Below, piece after piece: positions 49,101 through 57,875 of a DNA stretch of 64,000 bases. The notes under the pieces were generated by a model. It was not told the DNA's origin, ran no database searches, and saw only the letters and a program-made list of their open reading frames with translations. The position numbers and the translations under genes are program-made. The DNA comes from Candidatus Brocadiia bacterium (GTDB taxonomy: Bacteria > Planctomycetota > Brocadiia > CAIUPP01), in contig JBEKCB010000022.1 in the NCBI GenBank assembly GCA_050015075.1, forward strand, positions 23,478 to 87,477, given 5' to 3'. Position 1 is the first letter of the stretch. Every line of letters begins with the position of its first letter.

Positions 49101-50898
49101 CGGGCCAGGCATCCTCCCCTGGCAAGCCGCCGGCATGTATACGCGGGCTGACGGCGGATACGCTGACCTTCGCCGGATCCCCGGCGCGGCTGTCGGCGCC
49201 CTCGGCTTTGTCACCGATAGTGGAGGAAATCCAGCCCCGACGCTCTCGACCGCGACATTTCCGATCAACTACGGGACTTATGTCATTTGCATGTCTGAGG
49301 AATCGTACGAGAAACAATGGACCGCCCAGAAAGGCGACCCCGACTATAGCACCACGCCCAGCACCTATAACCCCGGCGGCCTGGTCCCGCCGCCCACCAT
49401 AAACGGCGACGGCATCTGGGGCGACGCGCCGAACGAAGCGTACCCGATCTATCCTTTCGGCGACCTTAACTCCGACCAGTACACCATGGCCCTGTTGATG
49501 GGCGTCAAGGGCTCGCCGACGGCGTACAAACCCTCCGTTGCCGTCAGCTATGTCGCCGGCGCCCAGATCGCCCTGGTTGCGGGCGGCCCGGCGGCGGACG
49601 GCAGTTACGTGGACGGGGCGATTCCGGTTATGAATGTCCCGCCTCATCTGGACGCGACATACCATAACGAACTCAGTTGCTACTCCAGCATCGAGAAGAC
49701 GGTCATCCTGCAGCCCACCTGGGATACGACACCCCAATACGGGCCGTATTGGGCGCCCTACGTGACTGCAGCGGCCGGCACCATACCGACAACCTCGTCG
49801 CCTCAGGGGCTCGCTGCCTCTCAGAATACGCTGGTCATCGGCCAGGATGATTCGCCCCGAACCCCGGCGGGCAACACATTTCGAGCCTGCCTGAACAAAA
49901 ACTATGGATACTCCTCGAGCATTTATGTCGGTATGATATGGGATCCCGCTGCAGTGCCGACATGGTTCGGTGCGGGTACACCGCCCTGGCCGAACTCGTC
50001 CCCTCCCGTTTGGTATACCGATAAACGGTGGGCCACTCTGGCGAAGCCGTCTCTCCTGGCTTTGCAGTATCGCGCCTTTCCGTTCATCTTGAATCGTCCG
50101 TACCCGACCACCGGTTGGCTGGGCCTGGTGCCAACGAGCAATACCGATGCCGTGAATGCCGCAACCGGAAATCCAACCGTATTGGGCTCATGGCGCACGA
50201 TTGATCCCAACCCGAACCCGCCGGTCGCCGGTCAAGTGACGCCGCCGGCGACGCCTGAGCAGCTCCTCGGCACGCTGATGTCCAACGCCACCGTCGGCGG
50301 AGTTTACGCGCGTTTCAACATCAACACCGCGCCGGTGGATACGCTCAAGGCCGTCTTCCCCGACGCAACCGCACAGGCCATCGTCTTTGCCCGTAACGCG
50401 CGGGCGAAGGGCTTTGCGCCGACGACTTATCCCTGGTACTCCGGCGTGCTGTCGCCGGCGCTCGCCAATGCTTCGTGGGCGACGTGGGACGAACTTCTCA
50501 ACGACCCGCTTTTCCAATACTCTGCGACTGTCAGCGGCTACCCTCCTCCGCCTCCGCCGAACGTCGGCGGCATCGGATTCTACGATTGTCACGATCCTGT
50601 CAACCCGCTGACGGACCTCGTCTCCAACGCCGACGCCGGCGCGGGCACCTATGCGGACGGGTTCCCGGACAACTCGAACGAGAAAAAAGAGTGGTTCATG
50701 CGCTACTCGAACCTCTTCTGCCTGCAATCCACCTCCTTCCAGTTCACCGTCGCCGGACTGGTCTACGCGGACAGGCCGTGGGACCCGGTGACGATGCAGA
50801 ACAACGAGCCGGTCGCCATGGTGCGCATCGAGGTGGACGTGGACCTGAGCACCGGCACCCCGAGCATCGTCCACTTCCGGTACCTGACACAACAGTAA
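46153..50898 (+). CDS. Giant PilX/GspK-like pilus tip protein (1581 aa)
   Basis: RG|[17 protein letters not shown] lacking Glu5 as typical of PilX/GspK; AREAAHAG; FNINTAP...AQAIVFAR GspK-like motif; [13 protein letters not shown] Ca-binding-like loop. Confidence 0.85.
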   Translation: MMHEKMRRADRGVILIVIVGVLAVLSLLAATFGMIARLELAGSRNQTEHEMAREAAHAGAEYLLNALQSWLNGSSMTSGPVPTFLPNVSDADGILQYKRDGVKVYFAVNSTVPPGSVTPDWLQGLGLADAGMFNLNAMGFASDLGSDVNPDIRYTSFDCSLVRLLKSRFATVTAGDINNPSNTGIDNYRGAVYPAPAVPTFTSALEQQRVAILLSQALMNWRYGPDGVPGTAGTEERRLGHLPRWNSKLGATSINLGIHDAAGNPYPPGGPAWGASSNPNDTLASLLITWAGPGFFPTTYFEPGGPLPVPPAPPTGEWRSYSSTDAKWGNDQGLPVPGLFWGIVALSPPSLPSNTTTIYADKTQQPGWHDWPASIWNNYYVYFATGPDKWQRAQIQTNTANVLTLATPLPNAPNAGDSFCICTPQAYVGLLNQRWVTGDLNEGDLVPNAMAWPNGALATEGNVWDLLVDNDTLLFPGPYGAVANMGTCTALVAPNDNSLYDSTKNGIWTSSAFLNKGYVVHIYGGTGRGQVRTIYDYDSTRNRLVLYNPVTSTPPVTVNPVFWTSGNSPDTTSQYRIEWPDNNLTSKFQPNNLQGDDRLYLSLGSLRDSVIVPAFVSDGLSSANAQAVADILLPYFLPYLSVSTQAIQASQSLCSINDWAVDGVDNDANGVVDDNNNPPAGSAPSSNALTEPQYEWNSPQGTSNRETQLAPRLYNKLGLYTWAHAGAATTSTTTRIQQAAQLVANIIDFRDPPPTATPPAIPPPDVPTKLTISALDPTAALLGVPANTVVYGAKGLHVTQVMPSPDPIYSAIPNGGEMIDNGSGAPTEIPAGDWVWNAAGHWDVLDWTHNVNGLGPRATFTFNNLMPGYYAMRLIGTPSTFTLTYPIGGTAYTVTPAIAEPDNPALSTAFVRKPADAFGFTRLVCFQVVSGGTLSFQLQAPVNSQFWGFALCAQYIQLTNIATHDIRLDALTVATDQTQVATTGPGILPWQAAGMYTRADGGYADLRRIPGAAVGALGFVTDSGGNPAPTLSTATFPINYGTYVICMSEESYEKQWTAQKGDPDYSTTPSTYNPGGLVPPPTINGDGIWGDAPNEAYPIYPFGDLNSDQYTMALLMGVKGSPTAYKPSVAVSYVAGAQIALVAGGPAADGSYVDGAIPVMNVPPHLDATYHNELSCYSSIEKTVILQPTWDTTPQYGPYWAPYVTAAAGTIPTTSSPQGLAASQNTLVIGQDDSPRTPAGNTFRACLNKNYGYSSSIYVGMIWDPAAVPTWFGAGTPPWPNSSPPVWYTDKRWATLAKPSLLALQYRAFPFILNRPYPTTGWLGLVPTSNTDAVNAATGNPTVLGSWRTIDPNPNPPVAGQVTPPATPEQLLGTLMSNATVGGVYARFNINTAPVDTLKAVFPDATAQAIVFARNARAKGFAPTTYPWYSGVLSPALANASWATWDELLNDPLFQYSATVSGYPPPPPPNVGGIGFYDCHDPVNPLTDLVSNADAGAGTYADGFPDNSNEKKEWFMRYSNLFCLQSTSFQFTVAGLVYADRPWDPVTMQNNEPVAMVRIEVDVDLSTGTPSIVHFRYLTQQ

Positions 50899-50907
50899 GG
50901 ACGAGAC

Positions 50908-51044
50908 GAATGCAAAATGCGGAGTGCAGAATGCAGAATGCAGAACAGTACGGCAACGGGAAGAGCCGCCGGCGGCGAAACCGTCGTTCATTCCGGAGTC
51001 CACACTCTGCGCTCTGCACTCTGCATTCTGCATTCCGCACTCGC
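50908..51044. repeat. Heptamer palindrome in the pilin leader, (GAATGCA)n...(CACTCTG/CATTCTG)n
   Basis: Five units at about 50908-50945; ccgtcgttcattcc; six units at 51003-51044 abutting the A-F-T-L codons. Confidence 0.9.
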
Positions 51045-52046
51045 GCGTTCACGCTGATCGAGATGCTGGTCGTTATCGCCATCATTGCGGTCCTGGCCGG
51101 CCTCCTCCTGCCGGTACTGACGAAAGCCAGGGAGGAAGCCCGCAGGAAAATCTGTCTTAATAATCTGCGACAAATCGGCGCGGCCTGCATTGCATACCAG
51201 GACCCCAACGGCGATTACTTCCCTGCGTTCCTGCAACAGGCGACCTATAACAATACGGCGCCGCCTCCGCCGCTATGTACGCTGAACGGAATTTCATGGC
51301 CATGGCCGGGCCAGATGGTTATGACGCCCCCGCAGCCGCTGTCCTGGAACTCTTCTAATTCCTACGGCGCAGGCGCCGTCGTCTCGGACTATGGCTTCAA
51401 CTACGTTTGCCTCGTACCGAACACGGGCTGCGAACCGTACTCGGATTGCTCGCATTGGCAATTGCTGCAGGGCTTCGATGGGACTTTTCAGCCAATGCCT
51501 TCGCTGGCCTGTCTGTATCCCGCGTATATTGACAACGTGAAGGTTTTTGGGTGCCCATCTACGCCGGATAAGCCGCTGATCGCCTTTGCCTACTACAATG
51601 GAGCCAGGCATACTTGTTTTGGGTTCGACGCATATAGCTCCGGCATACATGTCAATACCGTGGACCCGGCGACGTATACCGGGAATGAAGTGAGCGGCAC
51701 GAACAAGTGCAGTTATTTCTATGACGAGCTGACGAGCTTTCGTAATGCTGATCCCGACCTCGCCGTTGCCTGCGATGCGGACGGTCAGACGTGGACAAAC
51801 TCAAACGGCAAGTATCCGCCATACGCAAGCATATGGTTTCGTACGCCTGTAACGAACCACAAAAACGGCCAAAATGTGATGTATTTCGACGGCCACGTGA
51901 AATGGGCGGAAACCGCATACTCAAGTTCTGACGCAACCGACAACATCTTCTGCCCAAACGGAAGCATCGGCGGCGGCCAGTGGAATCCGGACACCGACTC
52001 GTATATGTGGGATGGCTTCGACAGCCGAATCCCACAATCACAATGA
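50910..52046 (+). CDS. Prepilin-type protein, DUF1559 / H-X9-DG family
   Basis: RA|[44 protein letters not shown]; [17 protein letters not shown]. Confidence 0.9.
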   Translation: MQNAECRMQNAEQYGNGKSRRRRNRRSFRSPHSALCTLHSAFRTRAFTLIEMLVVIAIIAVLAGLLLPVLTKAREEARRKICLNNLRQIGAACIAYQDPNGDYFPAFLQQATYNNTAPPPPLCTLNGISWPWPGQMVMTPPQPLSWNSSNSYGAGAVVSDYGFNYVCLVPNTGCEPYSDCSHWQLLQGFDGTFQPMPSLACLYPAYIDNVKVFGCPSTPDKPLIAFAYYNGARHTCFGFDAYSSGIHVNTVDPATYTGNEVSGTNKCSYFYDELTSFRNADPDLAVACDADGQTWTNSNGKYPPYASIWFRTPVTNHKNGQNVMYFDGHVKWAETAYSSSDATDNIFCPNGSIGGGQWNPDTDSYMWDGFDSRIPQSQ

Positions 52047-52073
52047 TTTTGTCATAACAAAACGGGATGTGTG

Positions 52074-53291
52074 ATGAGAAATAGAAAAGGGTTTACGCTT
52101 GTCGAGATGCTCGTCGTGATCAGCATTATCGCCATATTGGCGGGCATGCTGACCGGGGTCATCCTCTACGCGCGCAACCTCGCCATCCGCGCGGAATGCC
52201 AGCAGAACCTCAATCACATCGGGCAGACCGTCAGCCTGCTCGTCCTCAGCAACAACGGGCTCTATCCGCAGCTCACCGACGCTGATCCGACGCAGCAGGC
52301 CTCCGACGCGTATTACCAGGCCCTCAACTCCGGATTCCCATGGAACAATTCCGGTTTCCCGTGGTGGGCGCGGGTCTTTGAGCAGTGGAAAGACCTGGGA
52401 CTTCTGTACGCTAAGAAACCCGCCCCCGACGGAACCTACCTAACTTACACCCCCGTGCCCAACACCCTCGACGCAGCCCTGAATCCGGACGGCCACGTCC
52501 TGATTCCCAATTTCCAAGTGCCCAAGACGATGAGCGGCCTTCACTGCCGAATGGCCGGCGCGCTGGACGGGTCGACCGCCGCAAACCTCTTCAGCTCGAT
52601 CTCCTATGGCATCAACTTCGACGTGAAAGACGCAACCGGCCTGCCCTACTGCGCAAGCTCCAATTCCAGCCCTTACTCCGTCGATTTTCCAAACAATCTG
52701 AGCGCGAATGACAAGCAGCCCGACCAATACCGCAGCACTGAAATCCTTAATCCAAGCCAGTTTATCCTCATTTCCGAAGCAAACACCCAGGGCCCGGAAT
52801 GGAATGGAAGATGGTGCGGCGTTTGGAGTACAGTCGCCACTTACAACGTCGGTGACATTGTTGCGGACCGCGGCGGGTCTTACTACTGCTTGGCGTCCAA
52901 CAAGGGTTCGGAACCACCCAATGCGAGCTGGAAGTCCGCTGAGCCGAACTGGACCGGCGGGCGGATCAGCCCGTGGAGCAACTACGGTTGCAACCCGAGC
53001 AGATGGCGCGGCCCATGGAGCTCTGCTACGGCGTACAATGTGGGCGATATAGTCTCCGACAGCCAAGCCGTTGCCTACTACTGCGTCGTAAAGAACACCA
53101 ACTTCAAGCCGCCATGCTCATACTGGCAAACCCTTGAGGGGATCGTCGGACGCCATAGCGGCTACGCCAACGTCCTTTTCGCGGATTACCACGTCGAGGC
53201 GATCCAGATCACCTCCGTCCCCGGACAAGTCCCCAGCCCCAGCCTGAATATCAATTACGACTACTCCAAGTGGACGCTGCCGGGCAAATAG
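52074..53291 (+). CDS. Prepilin-type protein, DUF1559 / H-X9-DG-like family
   Basis: MRNRKG|FTLVEMLVVISII, CQQNLNHIG, SISYGIN, RHSGYANVLFADYHVE. Confidence 0.88.
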   Translation: MRNRKGFTLVEMLVVISIIAILAGMLTGVILYARNLAIRAECQQNLNHIGQTVSLLVLSNNGLYPQLTDADPTQQASDAYYQALNSGFPWNNSGFPWWARVFEQWKDLGLLYAKKPAPDGTYLTYTPVPNTLDAALNPDGHVLIPNFQVPKTMSGLHCRMAGALDGSTAANLFSSISYGINFDVKDATGLPYCASSNSSPYSVDFPNNLSANDKQPDQYRSTEILNPSQFILISEANTQGPEWNGRWCGVWSTVATYNVGDIVADRGGSYYCLASNKGSEPPNASWKSAEPNWTGGRISPWSNYGCNPSRWRGPWSSATAYNVGDIVSDSQAVAYYCVVKNTNFKPPCSYWQTLEGIVGRHSGYANVLFADYHVEAIQITSVPGQVPSPSLNINYDYSKWTLPGK

Positions 53292-53305
53292 AAGGAGTGT
53301 CGGCA

Positions 53306-54142
53306 TTGGCCGGACGCATCGTGGAGATCGGCGGTCTGCGCGTGGGCGAAGGGCAGGAGATGCTCCTCGTCGCCGGGCCCTGCGTGATCGAATCGCCCGA
53401 GCTTTGCTTCCGCATCGCCGAGGCGCTCAAGAAAATCTGCGCCCGGCTCGGCGTCCCCTGCGTCTTCAAGGCCTCCTTCGACAAGGCGAACCGCACCGCC
53501 GCCGCCTCCTTTCGCGGGCCGGGACTGGATGCGGGCCTGCGGACGCTCGAGGAGGTCCGCCGCCGCTTTGAGCTGCCGGTGCTGAGCGACGTCCACCTCG
53601 CAGAGCAGTGCGCGCCCGCCGCGCAGGCGCTCGACGCGCTGCAGATTCCCGCATTCCTCTGCCGCCAGACCGACCTGGTCGTCGCCGCCGCCCGCGCCGG
53701 AAAGCCGCTCAACATCAAGAAGGCGCAGTTCCTCGCGCCGGAGGACATGGGCCAGGTCTGCGCCAAGGCCCGCGCCGCCGGCAACGACCGGCTGCTGCTG
53801 ACCGAGCGAGGCACGGCGTTCGGCTACCATCGGCTGATCAACGACATGACGGCGATCCCGCGCATGCAGGCGCTCGGATGCCCCGTGCTTTTCGACGGCA
53901 CCCACAGCGTTCAGCAGCCCGGCGGCCAGGGCGACCGCAGCGGCGGCGAGCGCGAAATGGCCATCCCGCTCAGCCTGGCCGCCATGGCCGCCGGCGCGGA
54001 CGGCCTGTTCCTGGAAGTGCACCCCGAGCCGGAAAAAGCCCTCAGCGACGCCGCCTGCATGCTCCCGCTCTCGGCCGTCGAGCCGCTGCTCGAAAAAGCC
54101 CGCCGCATCCGGAAAATCGTGAGAGGTCAGAAGTATGAGTGA
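53306..54142 (+). CDS. kdsA: 3-deoxy-8-phosphooctulonate (KDO8P) synthase
   Basis: AGPCVIES, FKASFDKANRT, QIPAFLCRQTDL, TERGTAFGY, DGTHSVQQPG; AAGGAG then TTG 53306 (start uncertain). Confidence 0.95.
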   Translation: MAGRIVEIGGLRVGEGQEMLLVAGPCVIESPELCFRIAEALKKICARLGVPCVFKASFDKANRTAAASFRGPGLDAGLRTLEEVRRRFELPVLSDVHLAEQCAPAAQALDALQIPAFLCRQTDLVVAAARAGKPLNIKKAQFLAPEDMGQVCAKARAAGNDRLLLTERGTAFGYHRLINDMTAIPRMQALGCPVLFDGTHSVQQPGGQGDRSGGEREMAIPLSLAAMAAGADGLFLEVHPEPEKALSDAACMLPLSAVEPLLEKARRIRKIVRGQKYE

Positions 54143-54182
54143 TGAGTGAAGAAGCACTTCATCGCTCGTCACTCACACTTCT
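54129..54182. repeat. GATGAGT-type heptamer hairpin covering the stop codons of convergent kdsA and pcm
   Basis: gaagtatgagtgatgagtgaagaag-ca-cttcatcgctcgtcactcacacttc. Confidence 0.75.
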
Positions 54183-54856
54183 TCCTTCGTGCTCCATCCT
54201 TCTTCCCCGATCAGCCGAACGAAAACGCAGCCGCAGATGCTCCTCGTCTTGAGGGCGCGCCCCTTCCGCTCCACGAGCATCAGGTTCTGCCCGCGCAGGT
54301 CGCCGACCGGGATCACCATGCGCCCGCCGTCGGCGAGCTGGTCGAGGAGCGGTTGCGGCATATGCGGCGCCGCGGCGCTGACCACAATCGCGTCATACGG
54401 CGCCTTCTCCGGCCAGCCCAGCGTGCCGTCCGCCACGCGCACTTCGATGTTCGCATACCCCGTCTCGCGCAGCCGCGAGCGCGCGGCCTCCGCCAGCTCG
54501 GCGATTCGCTCGATCGAGTCCACCTCGCGGCACAGTTCGGCCAGGAGCGCCGTCTGGTAGCCGGACCCGGTGCCGATCTCCAGCGCCCGGTCCTTCGGCG
54601 TGAGCGCCAGGCACTCGAGCGTCCTCGCCACGATGTACGGCTGCGAGATCGTCTGCGAGCAGCCGATCGCGATGGGATGGTCCTCGTACGCCATGTCCGG
54701 CGCCACGTCCGGAATGAACAGGTCGCGCCGGACTTTGCGGAAGGCCGCCAGCACGCGCGCGTCGCGGATGCCCCGGGCGATCAGTTGATCGCGCACCATC
54801 GCCTCGCGCAATGCCGCAGACCGGCCGTCGTCAGCGCCCGCCGCGCCCATCGTCAA
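54173..54856 (-). CDS. pcm: Protein-L-isoaspartate O-methyltransferase
   Basis: QTISQPYIVA, LEIGTGSGYQTA, DGTLGWPEKAPYDAI, FVRLIG. Confidence 0.95.
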   Translation of the reverse strand: MTMGAAGADDGRSAALREAMVRDQLIARGIRDARVLAAFRKVRRDLFIPDVAPDMAYEDHPIAIGCSQTISQPYIVARTLECLALTPKDRALEIGTGSGYQTALLAELCREVDSIERIAELAEAARSRLRETGYANIEVRVADGTLGWPEKAPYDAIVVSAAAPHMPQPLLDQLADGGRMVIPVGDLRGQNLMLVERKGRALKTRSICGCVFVRLIGEEGWSTKEEV

Positions 54857-54861
54857 TCCTC

Positions 54862-55012
54862 ACCACCAGCAGGCACAAAGACGCCAAGAACGACCGAACC
54901 ACAGATGAACACAGATGAGCACAGATACGAATTTCTTTCTTGGCCCCATCTGTGTTCATCTGTGTCCATCTGTGGTTCCCAAATTCGTCGCCGTTCTTCG
55001 TGCCTTGGTGGT
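54862..55012. repeat. Nested palindromic elements: inner 10-nt (CACAGATGAA)n arms, outer ~9-nt CACAAAG/CTTCGTG-type arms
   Basis: aaccacagatgaacacagatgagcacagat (54897-54926) pairs with atctgtgttcatctgtgtccatctgtggtt (54948-54977); outer accacc..ggcac..caagaacg pairs with cgttcttcgtgccttggtggt. Confidence 0.85.
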
Positions 55013-55035
55013 AAACGTCTCCTGTTCAACCGTAA

Positions 55036-56763
55036 TCACTTGACCCTTATCTCCCGGACCTCCAGTTCGATCTTCACCTCTCCGCGCCAGCGGTTCAACC
55101 TGGGCGCGAACACCAGGGAGCAGGCGCGGCTGGCCGTCAGCGCCGCGGCCATGTGGCCCTGGTTGAACGCCACGGCGCGGAACGCGGCGCCGTTCTGCCG
55201 CACCCAGAACGCCAGGTGGCGCCCGTCGCCGATGTAGGTCGCGCCCGACGGCGCTTCCAGGTCGAACGCCGCCAGCAGCGGCTCGCGGTTGCCCTCGCCG
55301 AACGGCGCCAGCCGGTCCAGCTCGTCCAGAAGCGGGCGCGTGATGTCCGGCAGCCGCACCTCGGCATCCACGTCCACGAACGCCTCCAGGTCGCCGGAGG
55401 AGAGCCGGCGCGCGGCCGCTTTCTCAAACTCCTCGCGGAAAGGCGCGATTTCGCTCTTCCGCAGCCGGAGCCCGGCGGCGCGCGCGTGGCCGCCGAAGCC
55501 GATCAGCCGGCCGGAGCATTCGCGCAGGCACTCGAACAGGTTCATCGCCGCGATCGAGCGGGCGGAGCCGTGGCCCACGTCGTCGTCCACCGCCAGGAGC
55601 ACCACCGGCCGCCAGTAAGCCTCCACCAGGCGCGAGGCGACCACGCCGATCACGCCCGCGTGCCATCCCTCGCGCGCGAGGACGATGGAGCAGCGGCCTT
55701 CGACGCCGCCCTCGCGCGCGATCATCTCGTGGCTCTCGGCGAGGATCTTCTCCTGCATCTTCTGGCGCCGGGCGTTATCGCGGTTCAGGCGGGCGGCGAT
55801 CTCCGCCGCGCGTTCGTCGGAGGTCGTGGTCAGAAGCTCCACCGCCTCGCGCGCGGAGCCCAGCCGCCCCGCCGCGTTCAGGCGCGGCGCCAGCTTGAAC
55901 GCCACGTCCCACGCGCTCAGGCCCTTGTCCTCGACGCCGGCCGCGCTGCGCAGCGCCCTGATGCCGGCCGAGGACGACGCGCTCAGTCCCCGCACGCCGA
56001 AGCACGCGATGGTGCGGTTCTCGTCCCGCAGCGGCACCACGTCCGCAATCGTCCCGAGCGCCGCGAGCGAGAGCGAATCCACCAGGAACTCGCGGAACGC
56101 GACCGAGACCTTGCGGCCGGAGGAGAAGTCCTTCCCGATGGCCCAGGCGAGCTTCAAGGCCAGGCCCGCGCCGGAGAGTTCCCGGAACGGGTAAACGCAG
56201 CCGGGCAGCTTCGGGTCAATCAGCGTAGCGCCTGAAGGCACCACCGCGGCCGCCTCGTGGTGGTCGGTGACGATGACCTCCATGCCCAGCTTCCGCGCCA
56301 GCGCGATCTCCTCGACCGCGGTGATCCCACAGTCCACGGTGATGAGCAACTGCGTCCCGGCCTCAGCCAGCTTGCGGACGGCGGCGGCGTTGAGGCCGTA
56401 GCCTTCCTCGAGCCGGTCGGGGACGTAGAACTCCGGGGTGGAACCGACGAGCGCCAGGCAGCGCAGCAGGATCGCCGTGGCCGAGATGCCGTCCACGTCG
56501 TAGTCGCCGTACACGGCGATCTTCTGCCGCCGTTCGACCGCCTCGCGCACGCGCCGCGCGGCGACCTGCATTTCCGGCATGCAGGAAGGATCGTGAAGCT
56601 GGTTCAGGTCGGGGTAGAGAAAGGCCCGCACGGCCGGCTCGCCGATCACGCCGCGGTTCAGCAGCACCTGCGCGGCGACGGCGCTCATGCCGAACTGCCG
56701 CGCCACCGCCTGCGCCGCGGCGCGGTCCGAAGGCACAATGCGCCATTGCTTCTCGACGCGCAT
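55036..56763 (-). CDS. recJ: Single-stranded-DNA-specific exonuclease
   Basis: YGDYDVDG, EEGYGL, ITVDCG, TDHH, GTIADVVPL, PRLNAAGRL, GSARS, GGHARAAG. Confidence 0.96.
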   Translation of the reverse strand: MRVEKQWRIVPSDRAAAQAVARQFGMSAVAAQVLLNRGVIGEPAVRAFLYPDLNQLHDPSCMPEMQVAARRVREAVERRQKIAVYGDYDVDGISATAILLRCLALVGSTPEFYVPDRLEEGYGLNAAAVRKLAEAGTQLLITVDCGITAVEEIALARKLGMEVIVTDHHEAAAVVPSGATLIDPKLPGCVYPFRELSGAGLALKLAWAIGKDFSSGRKVSVAFREFLVDSLSLAALGTIADVVPLRDENRTIACFGVRGLSASSSAGIRALRSAAGVEDKGLSAWDVAFKLAPRLNAAGRLGSAREAVELLTTTSDERAAEIAARLNRDNARRQKMQEKILAESHEMIAREGGVEGRCSIVLAREGWHAGVIGVVASRLVEAYWRPVVLLAVDDDVGHGSARSIAAMNLFECLRECSGRLIGFGGHARAAGLRLRKSEIAPFREEFEKAAARRLSSGDLEAFVDVDAEVRLPDITRPLLDELDRLAPFGEGNREPLLAAFDLEAPSGATYIGDGRHLAFWVRQNGAAFRAVAFNQGHMAAALTASRACSLVFAPRLNRWRGEVKIELEVREIRVK

Positions 56764-56816
56764 GATCGCCTTTCCTCGGCGGATTCCACCATGAGGGTCT
56801 GACATCAAGCTTCGGG

Positions 56817-57608
56817 TCAGGTGAGATTGCGGCGCGCGAAGTCCACGGCGTTCCGGAAGACTCTCACGCCATCGCCTTCGGATTTCGCTCCTTCGCGCGT
56901 CCAGCGCGGGTGCTGGGTCGGCTCGACGTGGCGCTCCGGGTGCGGCATCAGGCCGAAAATCCGGCCCGAGGGATCACAAATCCCGGCGATGTCGGCGATG
57001 GAGCCGTTCGGGTTCCACGGGTAGCCGGGATTCGATTCGCCGTCCGGCCCGACGTACCGCGCGACGACCAGCTTCTTCCGCTCGATCTCGTGCAGGACGT
57101 CCTTCCCCGCGATGAACTTCCCTTCGCCGTGCGCGACCGGAAGATAGAGCGAATCGCCCGGACGGACGAACACGCACGGGCTTTCCCCGACGCGCAGGTG
57201 CACCCAGCGGGCCTCGAAAAGCGCGCGGTCGTTGACGGTCAGCGTCGCCTCGACCTTGTCGCCGTGCAGCCTCGGCAGCAACCCGGCCTTGGCAAGCACC
57301 TGGAACCCGTTGCAGATTCCGATGATCAGCTTCCCGTCCGCCATGAAGCGGCGAATCTCGTCCTCCATCCGGTAGCGGATCTCGTTCGCGAGCACTTTGC
57401 CCGACGCGATGTCGTCGCCGTAGCTGAAGCCGCCAGGAATCGCGAGGACGTGGAACTGGTCGAGCGCGCGCCGATTCTCGGCGAGCCGGTTGACGTGCAC
57501 TCGCTCCGCCTCGGCGCCGACCTTCTCAAACGCGTACGCGGTCTCCACGTCGCAGTTCGTCCCGGCCGTCCGCAGCACCACCACCCGCACCGGCTTCTCG
57601 CGGCTCAT
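56817..57608 (-). CDS. purQ: FGAM synthase glutaminase subunit
   Basis: GTNCD, PGGFSYGD, GICNGFQVL, VAHGEG, NPNGS, GLMPHPER. Confidence 0.95.
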   Translation of the reverse strand: MSREKPVRVVVLRTAGTNCDVETAYAFEKVGAEAERVHVNRLAENRRALDQFHVLAIPGGFSYGDDIASGKVLANEIRYRMEDEIRRFMADGKLIIGICNGFQVLAKAGLLPRLHGDKVEATLTVNDRALFEARWVHLRVGESPCVFVRPGDSLYLPVAHGEGKFIAGKDVLHEIERKKLVVARYVGPDGESNPGYPWNPNGSIADIAGICDPSGRIFGLMPHPERHVEPTQHPRWTREGAKSEGDGVRVFRNAVDFARRNLT

Positions 57609-57822
57609 CGAGCTTCATCTCCGGCTGAATTCGTGTTATCGAGCCAACTGGATAAGCACATAAGACGTTCAGGCAAAAGGCTTTGCTACAACTCCACTAC
57701 AAACAGCATAAACCCTTCAGGCGCTGGGTATTGCTACAAATTGGATTCGTTTTTTCAAATCGCCTTTTACGTCCTATCTTCTTCCCCTCCTGAGCCTTGC
57801 GACTTCCCCAGAGGTCAGGGAT

Positions 57823-57851
57823 ATGTTACCATAATTTTTCTGATATGTCAA
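57823..57851 (-). promoter_or_regulatory. Putative sigma70 promoter for purQ-recJ with a long 5' leader
   Basis: Minus strand TTGACA-17 nt-TAACAT with a TG extension. Confidence 0.65.
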
Positions 57852-57875
57852 GTTAATTCCGGCTTTTTTCTCTCG

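Noticed and set aside
46135-49737. 1200-aa antisense ORF, and similar long shadow ORFs such as 4543-7242, 2215-4464 and 58342-60585
   Set aside because: These mirror real genes on the opposite strand, as expected at high GC, and show no recognisable motifs.
50475-50909. 5' extension of the 523-aa ORF in the track
   Set aside because: It overlaps the PilX-like gene. AAGGA followed by ATG 50910 is the more plausible start.
39016-51044. Pilin-associated palindromes as integron attC sites or a shufflon
   Set aside because: No integrase or invertase in the window, no clear RYYYAAC...GTTRRRY boxes, and all genes share one orientation in canonical G-H-I-J-K order.
39117-53291. Diversity-generating retroelement acting on the pilins
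   Set aside because: No reverse transcriptase and no near-identical template/variable repeat pair differing only at adenines was seen. The shared modules are similar mainly at protein level.
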